Shown one piece after another: positions 20,528 to 29,990 of a stretch of 64,000 nucleotides of DNA. Source of the stretch: an uncultured delta proteobacterium. GTDB lineage: Bacteria; Desulfobacterota; Binatia; JACPRU01. The DNA lies in NCBI GenBank assembly GCA_963745025.1, contig CAVUWD010000005.1:1-64000 (forward strand). The letters are read 5' to 3'. The position numbers were made by a program, and so were the translations under genes. The notes below the pieces were generated by a model, which was given only the letters and a program-made list of their open reading frames with translations, was not told where the DNA came from and did not search any database. Numbering within the stretch: the stretch's first letter is position 1; the number at the start of each line of letters is the position of its first letter.

Positions 20528-21478
20528 GTGCCGTTTCACCCGGTTCTCGATCGTCGCTTGCTCTTCGTATCCGGCAAGGGCGGGGTCGGAAAGACGGTGA
20601 CGACCGCCGCGCTCGCGCTGTTCGCGTTTCGCCGGCGCAAGCGAGTCCTCGTCGTCGAGCTCTCGCCGTATGGGCGGCTCCGCGAGCTGCTCGGCGGCCC
20701 GGAGCCCTCGCCGGAGCCGGCGGAGATCCAGCCGCACCTCGAGCTCGTGCGCATCGAGCCACGCCGCGCCCTCGAAGACTTCCTGCAGGGCGTCCTGCCG
20801 ATTCGCGCATTCCGTCAGCGGCTCCTGCAGAGCCGTTCGTTCTCGATTCTCGCCGCGGCGGCGCCCGGCATCGAGGAGTTCCTGGCGCTGGCGAAGATCG
20901 CCGAGTTCGAGGCGATGCGCATCCGCCTCCGACGACGCCCGCGATACGATCTCGTGATCGTCGATGCACCCGCGACCGGGCACTCGCTCGCCCTGCTGTC
21001 GACGGCCAAGACGCTGATGGAGATGCTGCCGATTGGTCCGATCGGAAAGACTGCGGAGGAAGTGAATCGGCTGCTCGTCGATTCCCGCCGCACGGCAGCG
21101 GTGATTGTGACGATTCCCGAGGAGATGGCGGTCAACGAGACGATCGAGATCAGCTCGGGCTTGAGCCGGAGCGGCGCGCTCACGGTCGGTCCGGTGATCG
21201 CCAACGCGGTCTGGCCCGATCGGTTCACCGCCGACGAGGCGCGCTGGTTGATGTCGAGCGCGCTCGACGGAAGCGACGCGCTCGTCGCGGCGGGCCGATA
21301 TCACGTGGAGAAGCGGCGGCGGGCCGAGGAACAGCTCGCGCGACTGCGCACGGAGCTCCGGGTGGAGCCCGTCGAGCTTCCGTTCGTGGTCAACGCGACA
21401 CTCGATCGTCCGCACTTGCGGCGGCTGGTGGCCGCGCTCGACACCGCGTATCCGCCCCCCGGAGTCCCCGATGCATAG
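20528..21478 (+). CDS. ArsA/Get3-family ATPase (Rv3679-like)
   Basis: SGKGGVGKT, APGIEE, IVDAPATGH, PEEMAVNET; start inferred at GTG 20528. Confidence 0.85.
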   Translation: MPFHPVLDRRLLFVSGKGGVGKTVTTAALALFAFRRRKRVLVVELSPYGRLRELLGGPEPSPEPAEIQPHLELVRIEPRRALEDFLQGVLPIRAFRQRLLQSRSFSILAAAAPGIEEFLALAKIAEFEAMRIRLRRRPRYDLVIVDAPATGHSLALLSTAKTLMEMLPIGPIGKTAEEVNRLLVDSRRTAAVIVTIPEEMAVNETIEISSGLSRSGALTVGPVIANAVWPDRFTADEARWLMSSALDGSDALVAAGRYHVEKRRRAEEQLARLRTELRVEPVELPFVVNATLDRPHLRRLVAALDTAYPPPGVPDA

Positions 21479-22616
21479 AATCGAGGCACTGCTCCATCAG
21501 AAGAAGATCCTGCTCTGCCTCGGGGGCGGTGGGGTCGGCAAGACCACCGTGTCGGCGGCGCTGGCCCTCGCCGCGGCGCTTCGCGGCCGCAAGGTGGCGC
21601 TGCTGACGATCGATCCAGCCAAGCGCCTGAAGGACGCGCTCGGCATGCCGGATCTCGCTTCGGAGCCGACGCGGGTCGCGATCGATGGGCTCGGCGGGAA
21701 CGGCGAGCTCAGCGCGATGATGCTCGACGCCAAGCGTACGTTCGATCAGCTGGTGGCGCGCTTCGCGCCGAGCCTCGAGGCCGCCGAGCGCATTCTCGGC
21801 AACCGTCTGTACCAGTATGCCTCCGGCGCGCTCGCCGGCTCACAGGAATACATGGCGCTCGAGAAGCTCTACGAGATTGCGACCGCGGACGCCTACGACC
21901 TGCTGATCATCGACACGCCGCCCACGCACCATGCGCTCGATTTCCTCGATGCGCCTCGCCGAATGATCGATCTGCTCGGCTCCCAGGCGCTCGCGTTCCT
22001 GCAGCGGCCCTCGCTCGCGCTGCTCGGTGTCGGCTCGCGGATCGTGCAGGCGGCGCTCGAGACGATTCTCCGCGCCCTCGAGCGCTTCACCGGCATGAAG
22101 CTTCTTGCGGAGGTCGCCGATTTCATCGGCGGCTTCGAGGGCATGGTCGAGGGGTTTCAGAGCCGCGCCGATGCCGTGCGTCGCCTGCTCCGCGATGCGG
22201 GAACCGCTGCGTTGCTGGTGACTTCCGCCGAACCGCTGACCATCGAAGAGACGATCGCCTTTTACGGCGAGCTCGATCGCGCGGGCCTCTGCGTGGGCGG
22301 CATCGTGATGAATCGCACCGTGCCCGAAGCCTTGATCGGTCGAACGCGACGCCGAGCGAACGTCATCCCGCCCGAAATCCGTCGCAAGCTCCGCGAAGCC
22401 CGTCGAGAGCTCGAGGCGCTCGCGGATCGCGACCGACGCATGGCGGCGAACCTGCGCGCCGCCGCCTACGGGCTGCCGATCGCGATGGTCCCGTCCTTTG
22501 CGCGGGACGTGGCGTCGCTCGAAGCGCTGCGTGACATCGCGGAAGTCTTCGCTCCGGGACTCTCGCGACGCGGCAAGGTCGTGCCGCTGCGCGGTGGAGC
22601 CGGCGAGCCGGGATAG
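21471..22616 (+). CDS. ArsA/Get3-family ATPase (Rv3680-like)
   Basis: GGGGVGKTT, LTIDPAKRL, MLDAKRTFD, GSQEYMALEKL, DTPPTHHALDFLDAP. Confidence 0.9.
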   Translation: MHRIEALLHQKKILLCLGGGGVGKTTVSAALALAAALRGRKVALLTIDPAKRLKDALGMPDLASEPTRVAIDGLGGNGELSAMMLDAKRTFDQLVARFAPSLEAAERILGNRLYQYASGALAGSQEYMALEKLYEIATADAYDLLIIDTPPTHHALDFLDAPRRMIDLLGSQALAFLQRPSLALLGVGSRIVQAALETILRALERFTGMKLLAEVADFIGGFEGMVEGFQSRADAVRRLLRDAGTAALLVTSAEPLTIEETIAFYGELDRAGLCVGGIVMNRTVPEALIGRTRRRANVIPPEIRRKLREARRELEALADRDRRMAANLRAAAYGLPIAMVPSFARDVASLEALRDIAEVFAPGLSRRGKVVPLRGGAGEPG

Positions 22617-22622
22617 CGAAGG

Positions 22623-23000
22623 CTAGGCGGAGCGCGCCACGGACCCCGCCGGAGGCTTCGGCTTCGCCTTCGGTCGAGCCGATCGCTTCGCGGTCTTCGG
22701 TTGCTGCTGCGCGAGAACGCGGTCGAGCTTGATGTTCAGGTTCACGAGGCTGCCCTGCAGCGCCTCGACTTTGGTCGCCAGCTTCTTGTAATCCGCCTTC
22801 GAAGGCAGGCTGAGGAGGCTCAAGATCGTTTGCATGTTGCGGTCCACCGTTCCCTTCGTTGACATCGCCTGCTGGAACGTCTTGCCGAAGATGTCGGCGA
22901 AGCGCGGGCTCGACATCACGTCTTCGAATACTCGGTTCAGCTGCTCCTCCCCCAGCTCGCGGATGCGTTGGAAGAGGTTGCGATCGTCATGACTCGCCAT
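22623..23000 (-). CDS. Phasin/PhaE-like coiled-coil protein
   Basis: LSLPSKADYKKLATKVEAL resembles the NLPSRxD granule-protein motif; basic C-terminal tail. Confidence 0.55.
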   Translation of the reverse strand: MASHDDRNLFQRIRELGEEQLNRVFEDVMSSPRFADIFGKTFQQAMSTKGTVDRNMQTILSLLSLPSKADYKKLATKVEALQGSLVNLNIKLDRVLAQQQPKTAKRSARPKAKPKPPAGSVARSA

Positions 23001-23050
23001 TGTGTGACTGGACCTTTCGCGGCAAGGTAGCGTGCAAGTATACGCCGCCC

Positions 23051-23302
23051 ATGCCCGATCTCAAGACCTTCCTCGGGGTTCTCTCGGGACTCGCGTTCCT
23101 ACAGCCGGAGATCCCGCTCCAACCGCTCGTCGGCACCATGTTCGTCGTCAACGTCTGCGATGCGATCATGTGCCGGCTCTTCGCCCGCAACAACGGCTAC
23201 CCGAAGAATCTCTGGACGGCGATCGGATTCGTGTTCGGCATCTGGGCCGTCGCGGCGCTGATCGTCATGCCGAAGCGGGGGAAGCGGTCCGCCGCCTCAT
23301 GA
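23051..23302 (+). CDS. Small membrane protein
   Basis: Two to three hydrophobic segments; ATGA-coupled to acpS. Confidence 0.7.
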   Translation: MPDLKTFLGVLSGLAFLQPEIPLQPLVGTMFVVNVCDAIMCRLFARNNGYPKNLWTAIGFVFGIWAVAALIVMPKRGKRSAAS

Positions 23303-23682
23303 TCGTCGCCATCGGGGTCGACCTCGCCGAGGTGGATCGCATTCGCGATGCGCTCGAGCGCGCGGAGACGGGGGCGCGTTTCCGCGACCGCGTCTTCACC
23401 GCCGGAGAGCAAGCCTACTGCGAGCGGCGACGGCGCAAATACGAGAGCTACGCGGCACGCTTCGCTGCCAAGGAAGCGATGATGAAGGCGCTCGGGCGCG
23501 GCTGGAGCCGCGAGGTCGGCTGGACGGAGATCGAGGTCGTTCGCGAGCGCGGCGGGCGGCCGATGATCCGCGTCCATGGAAAGACCGCGGCATATGCCGC
23601 AAAGCTCGGCATCCGCCGGATCTCGCTCGCGCTCACCCATACCGCCGAGACCGCGCTGGCGCAGGTCGTGGCGGAAGACTGA
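23299..23682 (+). CDS. acpS: Holo-ACP synthase
   Basis: IGVDLAEVDR, FTAGE, AARFAAKEAMMKALG, LALTH. Confidence 0.95.
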   Translation: MIVAIGVDLAEVDRIRDALERAETGARFRDRVFTAGEQAYCERRRRKYESYAARFAAKEAMMKALGRGWSREVGWTEIEVVRERGGRPMIRVHGKTAAYAAKLGIRRISLALTHTAETALAQVVAED

Positions 23683-23740
23683 GGCGCACGTTCTCGCCGC
23701 CGGCTGCCGCAGCCTACCGAGCTAGCTCCGCGGCGATCGT

Positions 23741-24394
23741 TCACGCGATCGCGCGGAGGCTCGCGACGATCTCCGCGGGCTCGAGCCGCTTCGTGTAGTC
23801 GGCGTCGACGTACGCGAGACGAATCGTGCCGTCACGGGCGACGACGAAGGTGCCCGGCACCGGCAGCTCCCACGACTCGTCGGCGTTATACTTCGCGAGG
23901 TCGATGCCGAAGTTTTTCATCGCCGATCGCACCGCGTCTCCGACGCGGAACACGAGCCCGAAGCGGCGCGCGACCTGATTGCCGACGTCGCTCAGCACCT
24001 CGAACTCGAGCTTGTCCTTGTCGAGGGTGGAGAGCGAGGAGTCAGGCGTTTGCGGCGAGATTGCGACTAACGAGGCTCCGAGGGAACGGATCTCCGGGAG
24101 CGTCTCTTGGTAGGCCTGCAACTGCAGGTTGCAGTACGGTCACCAGACGCCGCGGTAGAAGGCAATGACCGCCGGGCCGCGCGCGAGCAGCGAGGCGAGC
24201 GCGACGGGCTCACCCGAGGCATTGGGAAGCTGAAAGTCGGGGGCGCGGTCGCCGAGCGTCACGCTCTCCCGGCCGACGCCGGACGTCACCATGTCCTCGA
24301 TCCCTTTGACGAGCGTGCCGACGACCTCTTTCGGAAGCTTCGGGAAGAAATCCCTCTGGAACGCCTCGATTCGCCGCCTGAGTTCCGGAATCAT
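23741..24394 (-). CDS. AhpC/TSA peroxiredoxin-like protein, predicted selenoprotein (UxxC; TGA 24140-24142)
   Basis: Two in-frame ORF-track halves join as APDFQLP..FYRGVW-U-PYCNLQLQAYQ..LVAISPQ..LSDVGN..LPVPGTFV; strong SD. Confidence 0.9.
24115..24128 (-). promoter_or_regulatory. Candidate bacterial SECIS hairpin
   Basis: CCUGC-AGUU-GCAGG begins after an 11-nt spacer following UGA. Confidence 0.65.
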
Positions 24395-24411
24395 TCGGGT
24401 TCCTCCTTCCT

Positions 24412-24474
24412 GGCTATGGGCTTCGGGCTACGGGCAAAGGCTTCGCGCCGCCTTTCCTGTAGCCCGTAGCCTGT
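24412..24474. repeat. Heptamer-unit palindromic intergenic element
   Basis: GGCTATG GGCTTCG GGCTACG GGCAAAGGC..GCCTTTCC TGTAGCC CGTAGCC. Confidence 0.8.
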
Positions 24475-24483
24475 ATGCCGGCT

Positions 24484-26217
24484 TCAGCAAGCTCCGCAGG
24501 TCTCGCACGTCGAGACGTCGCAGGGCGGCGTCTCTCGCTCGCGGAGCGCCTTCTCGCGCTCGGTCCAGAGATAGAGCTTGCGCACTCGATGGTCGATGAA
24601 GTCCCAGGGGAGGGTCTCCTCGTGGTCGTACGAACGGTGCACGAACCAGTCGGGATCGACAAGCCCCTCGCTCGCCCGCTTACCCCCCCGCCCGCGCTGG
24701 AGCGCCTGCCACCAGCTCTCCCCCTGCCGCGCGCTGCGGTGAAGCTCGACGATCCAGCGCGCCACGCGGCGATCCCCGCGCGAGAGCAGCGTCTGCAGGT
24801 ATGCCTCGCGCGGCGACTCTCCGTCGACCTCCACGTTGGCGACCGGGCGCAGCCGCTCGCGCAGCCGACCGACCTTGGCCTTGGCGGTCGCGACCTCGAC
24901 CATCGGGTCCCATTGAAACGGCGTCCACGGCTTCGGCACGAAGGGGTTGACCGAGAGCGTGATCGCGCCGATGCGCCCGCGCTCCTTCCCTTTGCCGAGA
25001 AAGCGCTCGCGGATGCCGAGCGTCAGGTCGACGATCGCGTCGACGTCGGCGTCGGTCTCGGTCGGCAGCCCCACCATGAAGTAGAGCTTGAGATCCTGGA
25101 CGCCCTCGCCGACGAGCATCTCCGCGGCGCGGAGGATCTCCGGCTCCTTCAGGTTCTTGTTGATGACCCGGCGCATGCGCTCGCGAGCCGGCTTCCGGCG
25201 CGATCGTCACCGTGCGGTTGCCGACTGCGGCCGAGCGCCGCAGCGAGCGCGGGCGAGATGCAGTCGGCCTTGAGCGACGCGGGAGAGGCCCGGCCGCCGT
25301 GATCGGCGATGGTCCTGGCAGAGATCCGCGACGCCGGGAAGGCTCGCCATCTCGGCGCCGACGAGACCGATCGTCGAGCGCGACGTCGAGGCCGCGGACG
25401 ACGTCCGCTCTCAGGCTCGCGACCGAGCGGGTGCGCAGCGGCCGGTACATGAAGCCGGCCGCGCAGAACCGGCAGCCCCACTCGCAGCCGCGGCTCGCCT
25501 CGACGAGGAACATGTCGCCGAAGCAACGTCCTCGGTGAGAATCTCGCGAGGTGGTCGGAACGCGATCGAGATCGGCGACGAGACGGCGCTCCACGCGCGC
25601 CTTCCGTGGCCGGCGACGAGCCTCGGACCGTCGTAGCGCGGTCGGTGGAGCCGCGGCACGTAGGCCCCCGCGGTCGCCGGCGCTTCTTCGAGGATCTCGT
25701 CGCGCGACCAGCCCCGTTCGCGGGCGTCCTCGAGGAATGCGAGGAACTCGGGGAGCATCTCCTCGGCCTCGCCGATCAGGAACACGTCGACGAATTCGGC
25801 GATCGGCTCGGGATTCAGGAAGATCGCCGAGCCGCCGGCGATCACCAACGGATGGCGCTCGTCGCGCTCTTCGGCGGAGAGCGGCAGACCCGCGCCCTCG
25901 AGCATCGCCGGGACGTTCAGATAATCGGTCTCGAACGAGATCGAGAGCGCAAAGACGTCGAGCTCTCCGGCGGGCCGGCGGCTTTCCAGCGTGACGAGAC
26001 GCATGCCCCCTTCCGGTAGAAACGCGCGCTCGCAGTAATGACCGGGGGTCGTCGCGAGTATCCGGTAGACCGCCTGGAAGCCGAGGTTGCCCATGCCGAG
26101 CGCATAACGGTTCGGGTAGGCGAGGCAGATGCCCGTGCGCCCTCCGCGCGCTGGCGTGAACAGCGTTCGCTCCCGGGAGAGGAGCTCGCGCGCGTGGGAT
26201 TCTTCGGACCAGGACAT
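24484..26217 (-). pseudogene. B12-binding radical SAM protein, split by several frameshifts (possibly sequencing errors)
   Basis: YPNRYALGMGNLG, SFETD, EASRGCEWGCRFC, TIAPEAGS, LKLYFMVGLPTET, FVPKPWTPFQW distributed over three frames. Confidence 0.8.
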
Positions 26218-26222
26218 AACAC

Positions 26223-26302
26223 GCTACCGGCCACAGGCTACAGGCTTCAGGCAAAGACTCAAAGGCGTCCCTCCCGTGGCCGGAAACCCGTAGCCTGTAG
26301 CC
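26223..26302. repeat. Heptamer-unit palindromic intergenic element
   Basis: GGCCACA GGCTACA GGCTTCA GGCAAAGAC..CGTAGCC TGTAGCC. Confidence 0.8.
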
Positions 26303-26303
26303 T

Positions 26304-26768
26304 TCACTTCGTCTTCGGCCGCGGCGTGAGGTCGAGGTCGGGCGGCGCCTGCGCCGGGACTTTCCAGCGCAGAAACGGCTTGTCGTAGCTCTCGTGGTAG
26401 GCGTTTGCCTCCTCGATCGACTCCTTGAACTCTTCGTTGAACTCCTCGAGATCTTCCCTCTCGAGCGCGGCCATCACCGGCGTGACCCGCTTTTCGATGA
26501 ACTTGCGGAGGTCCCTCTCGTACTTGGGGCGGGTGAGCGCTCCGAGCTCCATCAGTTTCTTGGCCTCCTTCAGCTGGAACTTGGCGAGCGGCCAGTTCTT
26601 CGCTTGCGCCGCGTAGTAGAGCTTCCAGAAACGGTTGCCGATCTCGGGCATGAGCCGCGCGAGCCCGGGCTGCATCACCGCGAGGTCCTCGCCGGTGAGC
26701 TTGCGGCCCTGCGCATTGTCGAACTCGACCTTTCGAACGCGGTCCGCGAAGTCCTTCTCCTCGGGCAT
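26304..26768 (-). CDS. Helical hypothetical protein, cytochrome c-like homolog lacking CxxCH
   Basis: PGLARLM..KLYYA..NWPLAKFQL..ANAYH..PFLRWKVP; host-like codon usage. Confidence 0.65.
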   Translation of the reverse strand: MPEEKDFADRVRKVEFDNAQGRKLTGEDLAVMQPGLARLMPEIGNRFWKLYYAAQAKNWPLAKFQLKEAKKLMELGALTRPKYERDLRKFIEKRVTPVMAALEREDLEEFNEEFKESIEEANAYHESYDKPFLRWKVPAQAPPDLDLTPRPKTK

Positions 26769-26835
26769 CGGCGTCTCTCTCTACGGTTTGGCGGAGCCCC
26801 GGTGGGTAGCTCACAGGGGAGGAGTTTACAAGCGA

Positions 26836-26916
26836 GGCTACGGGCCACAGGCTGCGGGCTACAGGCAAGGACTTCGCGTTGCCTTGTCCGTAGCCTGAGG
26901 CCCGTAGCCCGCAGTC
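26836..26916. repeat. Heptamer-unit palindromic intergenic element
   Basis: GGCTACG GGCCACA GGCTGCG GGCTACA GGCAAGGAC..CGTAGCC TGAGGCC CGTAGCC. Confidence 0.8.
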
Positions 26917-26996
26917 CTCCGATTGTCCCCCCCAACGCGCGTCGCCTCGGGGCGCGCTTTTAAAAGCCGGACGGGCAAGCTAACAACGGAGGCACC

Positions 26997-28179
26997 ATGA
27001 CCACCTCACTCGACTACTACGACATCGAGAGCCAGCTCTCGGCCGACGAACGGATGGTGCGCGACACGGCGCGCAAGTTCGTCGAGGAGGAGTATCTGCC
27101 GATCGTCCGCGCGGCGTTTCGCGACGGGTATTTTCCGAAGCAAGTGATTCCTCGCATCGCCGCGCTCGGCTTTCTCGGCGCGAATCTGCCCGAGCGAGTA
27201 CGGTTGCGCCGGTCTCAACAACGTCGCCTACGGGCTCATCAACCAGGAGCTCGAGCGCGGCGACTCGGGGCTGCGCTCGTTCGTGAGCGTGCAGTCGTCG
27301 CTCGTCATGTATCCGATCTACGCGTTCGGATCGGAGGCGCAGAAGAGCCACTGGCTTGCGAAGCTCGCCTCGGCCGCGCGCGATCGGCTGCTTCGGTCTG
27401 ACCGAGCCCGATTACGGCTCGAATCCGGGCGGGATGCGGACGCGCGCCGTGCGCGACCGCCGGCGGCTTCGGATCTACGGGCACCAAGCGCTGGATCACC
27501 AACGGCTCGATCGCCGACGTGGCGCTGGTGTGGGCGAAGACCGAGGGGGATGACGCGAAGTCGATCCGCGGCTTCCTCGTCGAGCGCGGCACCCCGGGCT
27601 TCAGCGCTGCCGCGAGATGCAGGGCAAGTTCATCGCTCCGCGCCTCGGTCACCTCCGAGCTGATCCTCGAGGACTGCGTCGTCCCCGAGGAGAACGTCCT
27701 GCCCGGGAGCAGGGGGCTCAAGTCACCGCTCATGTGTCTCACGCAGGCGCGCTACGGGATCACCTGGGGGGCGATCGGTGCGGCGATCGCGTGCTACGAG
27801 TGCGCGCTCGATTACGCGAAGACGCCGCATGGTCTTCTCGCGGCCGATCGCCGGCTACCAACTCGTGCAGGCGAAGCTCGTCACCATGGTCGCCGAGATC
27901 ACCAAGGCGCAGCTTCTCTGCCTGCGCCTCGGGCGCTTGAAGGACGACGGCAAGATGCGTCCCGAGCAGGTCAGCCTGGCGAAGATGAACAACGTCTCGC
28001 AGGCGCTGCGCATCGCGCGCCTGGCGCGCGACATCCTCGGCGCCAACGGCATCACCGACGAGTACCCGGTGATCCGCCACATGCTGAACCTCGAGACCGT
28101 CAACACCTACGAGGGGACGGAGGACGTGCACCGGCTCACCATCGGGCGTGACGTCACCGGGCTCAATGCCTTCGAGTAG
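26997..28179 (+). pseudogene. Glutaryl-CoA-dehydrogenase-like acyl-CoA dehydrogenase, frameshifted (possibly sequencing errors)
   Basis: [55 protein letters not shown] in successive frames. Confidence 0.85.
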
Positions 28180-28237
28180 CGAAGAGCGATCGTATCCTCC
28201 GGGCGAACGCCTCCAAACGAGCCTGTCGCGATCGGCG

Positions 28238-28444
28238 ATGCGCCACGTACGGCGCGTGATCGTCGCCGTGATCGGCGTGACGGTGCTCGCAATCGGCGTC
28301 GCGATGATCCTTCTGCCCGGTCCCGCGACCGTGGTGATCCCGCTCGGCCTCGGCATCCTCGCCATCGAGTTCGCGTGGGCCGCGCGCATGCTGAAACGAT
28401 TGAAGGACCAAGCGAATCGGGTGTTCGGGCGGAGGTCGCCATGA
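28238..28444 (+). CDS. PGPGW-domain small membrane protein
   Basis: IGVAMILLPGPATVVIPLGLGILAIEFAWA. Confidence 0.8.
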   Translation: MRHVRRVIVAVIGVTVLAIGVAMILLPGPATVVIPLGLGILAIEFAWAARMLKRLKDQANRVFGRRSP

Positions 28445-28507
28445 TCTCCAGGGCCCCCGATTGCCTTGCCAGCGAGCGATGCGCTTGAAAGATCGCGCGC
28501 CGTGAGC

Positions 28508-29005
28508 GTGCCCTCGAAGGAAGAGATCGAGCGATTCGTCTCGACGTTTCTCTACTCGCGCGAGGCGTTCCTCGTCGACGACGTGCTGCACGTCGACCGC
28601 GAAGGGCGAGAGATCGAAGCGAGGATGGACACTACGCGGCTCTTACCCGTCGGCCGCTTTCAGGTGGGCGATTTGCGCGTGCACCCGCGGCACGTCTCGG
28701 CGCCCGACCTCCTGCTTCTCACCGGCAACCTCGGCTGCTTGCACGCGTACTTCCTGCACGGCTGCCGCTGGGACGAGGGCTGGGTCGGCTTCGGCAATCG
28801 GATCCATCGGGCGGACTTCCGCAGGCTCGTGACGATCGGTCCGCCGCTACGGCTGCAGTCCAAGGAGACGCGCGTGCGCGAAGGGCCGAAGCGAGTCGTG
28901 CTGCGCTACGAGTTCCGCTTCTGGCAGGACGGCGAGCTCGCCTACTTCGGTGACCAGTCGGCGATGTTCGTAAAGGGCCGAACGCTCGGCGCCGACGAAG
29001 GCTAG
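28508..29005 (+). CDS. Hotdog-fold (FabZ-like) protein
   Basis: FLVDDV, IHRADFRRLVTIG and beta-strand C-terminus; start uncertain. Confidence 0.6.
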   Translation: MPSKEEIERFVSTFLYSREAFLVDDVLHVDREGREIEARMDTTRLLPVGRFQVGDLRVHPRHVSAPDLLLLTGNLGCLHAYFLHGCRWDEGWVGFGNRIHRADFRRLVTIGPPLRLQSKETRVREGPKRVVLRYEFRFWQDGELAYFGDQSAMFVKGRTLGADEG

Positions 29006-29133
29006 CTCCGCAGGATGCTTCGGTCGAAGATGGTTCGCGAGCAACGGGAGCGATTTGTGACGCAGTCTCCTCGGCGAACCTCGCCGAGACCCACGTGAGC
29101 AGTCGCCGCCACAGCTCTTTTGGGTGAGTTGAC

Positions 29134-29214
29134 GGCTACCGGTTGCCGGCCGCCTGCTACCGGTAGAGACTCAGCGCGCATTTTGCGCTAACCGGTAGTC
29201 GGTAGCCGGCAACC
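29134..29214. repeat. Heptamer-unit palindromic intergenic element
   Basis: GGCTACC GGTTGCC GGCCGCC TGCTACC GGTAGAGAC..GGTAGTC GGTAGCC GGCAACC. Confidence 0.75.
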
Positions 29215-29231
29215 CGGACCAGGAGGCTTGC

Positions 29232-29837
29232 ATGAAGCTCTATTATGCACCGAGAACCCGCGCGACTCGCGCCCGCTGGATGCTCGAAGAGATCGGCGCC
29301 CCCTACGAGCTCGTGCGCATCGATCTGTCGAAGGGTGAGCAGAAGAAGGCGGACTACCTGAAGATCCACCCGCACGGCGCCGTGCCCGCGTTCTCCGACG
29401 CGGACGTGACGATTTTCGAGTCGGCGGCGATCTGCGCCTATCTCGCCGACAAGTTTCCGGAGAAGCAACTGGCGCCACCGTTCGGCAGCGCGGCACGCGG
29501 GCCGTACTACCAGTGGCTCGTCTACTCGATGGCTACGGCCGAGCCGCCCGCCGTCAAGGTGTTTCTCAATACGGTGATGCTGCCCGAGGCCGAGCGCTCC
29601 GCGGCCGCGGCCGAAGAGGGGCGTGCGCAGTGGGCCGAGGTGGCTCGCGTGCTCGAGCGAGCGATCGACGGCAAGAGCTTTCTTCTCGGCGACCAGTTCA
29701 CGGCCGCCGACGTGATGATCGGCTCGATCGCCGGTTGGGCGGGGTTCATGGGCCTTCTCGAGGGCTTCTCCGAGCTTCAGAAGTACGTCACTCGGCTCAC
29801 GAGCCGTCCGGCATATCGACGAGCGATCGCGGACTGA
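29232..29837 (+). CDS. Glutathione S-transferase family protein
   Basis: HPHGAVP, IFESAAICAYLAD, FTAADV; SD AGGAGG. Confidence 0.93.
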   Translation: MKLYYAPRTRATRARWMLEEIGAPYELVRIDLSKGEQKKADYLKIHPHGAVPAFSDADVTIFESAAICAYLADKFPEKQLAPPFGSAARGPYYQWLVYSMATAEPPAVKVFLNTVMLPEAERSAAAAEEGRAQWAEVARVLERAIDGKSFLLGDQFTAADVMIGSIAGWAGFMGLLEGFSELQKYVTRLTSRPAYRRAIAD

Positions 29838-29990
29838 CGAGAAGCCCGATCGCGCTTGACCTGGCGCGGAGTTTAGTTATTCGCAAGCGCCGACCGGCGC
29901 GCCTCGGCGTGATTCTGCGGCGCGGATTACACGGTTGTCGAATCATTCACGAATCGTACCGAGTCAACACCGAACGAGGAGGACGGAACC

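Noticed and set aside
18982-22616. Arsenic-resistance operon (arsC plus arsA pair)
   Set aside because: No arsR, arsB/acr3 or arsD; the ATPases are Rv3679/80-type and are separated from arsC by an opposite-strand gene
26790-26835. tRNA-like GGGTAGCTCA
   Set aside because: No T-arm (GTTCRA) or cloverleaf follows
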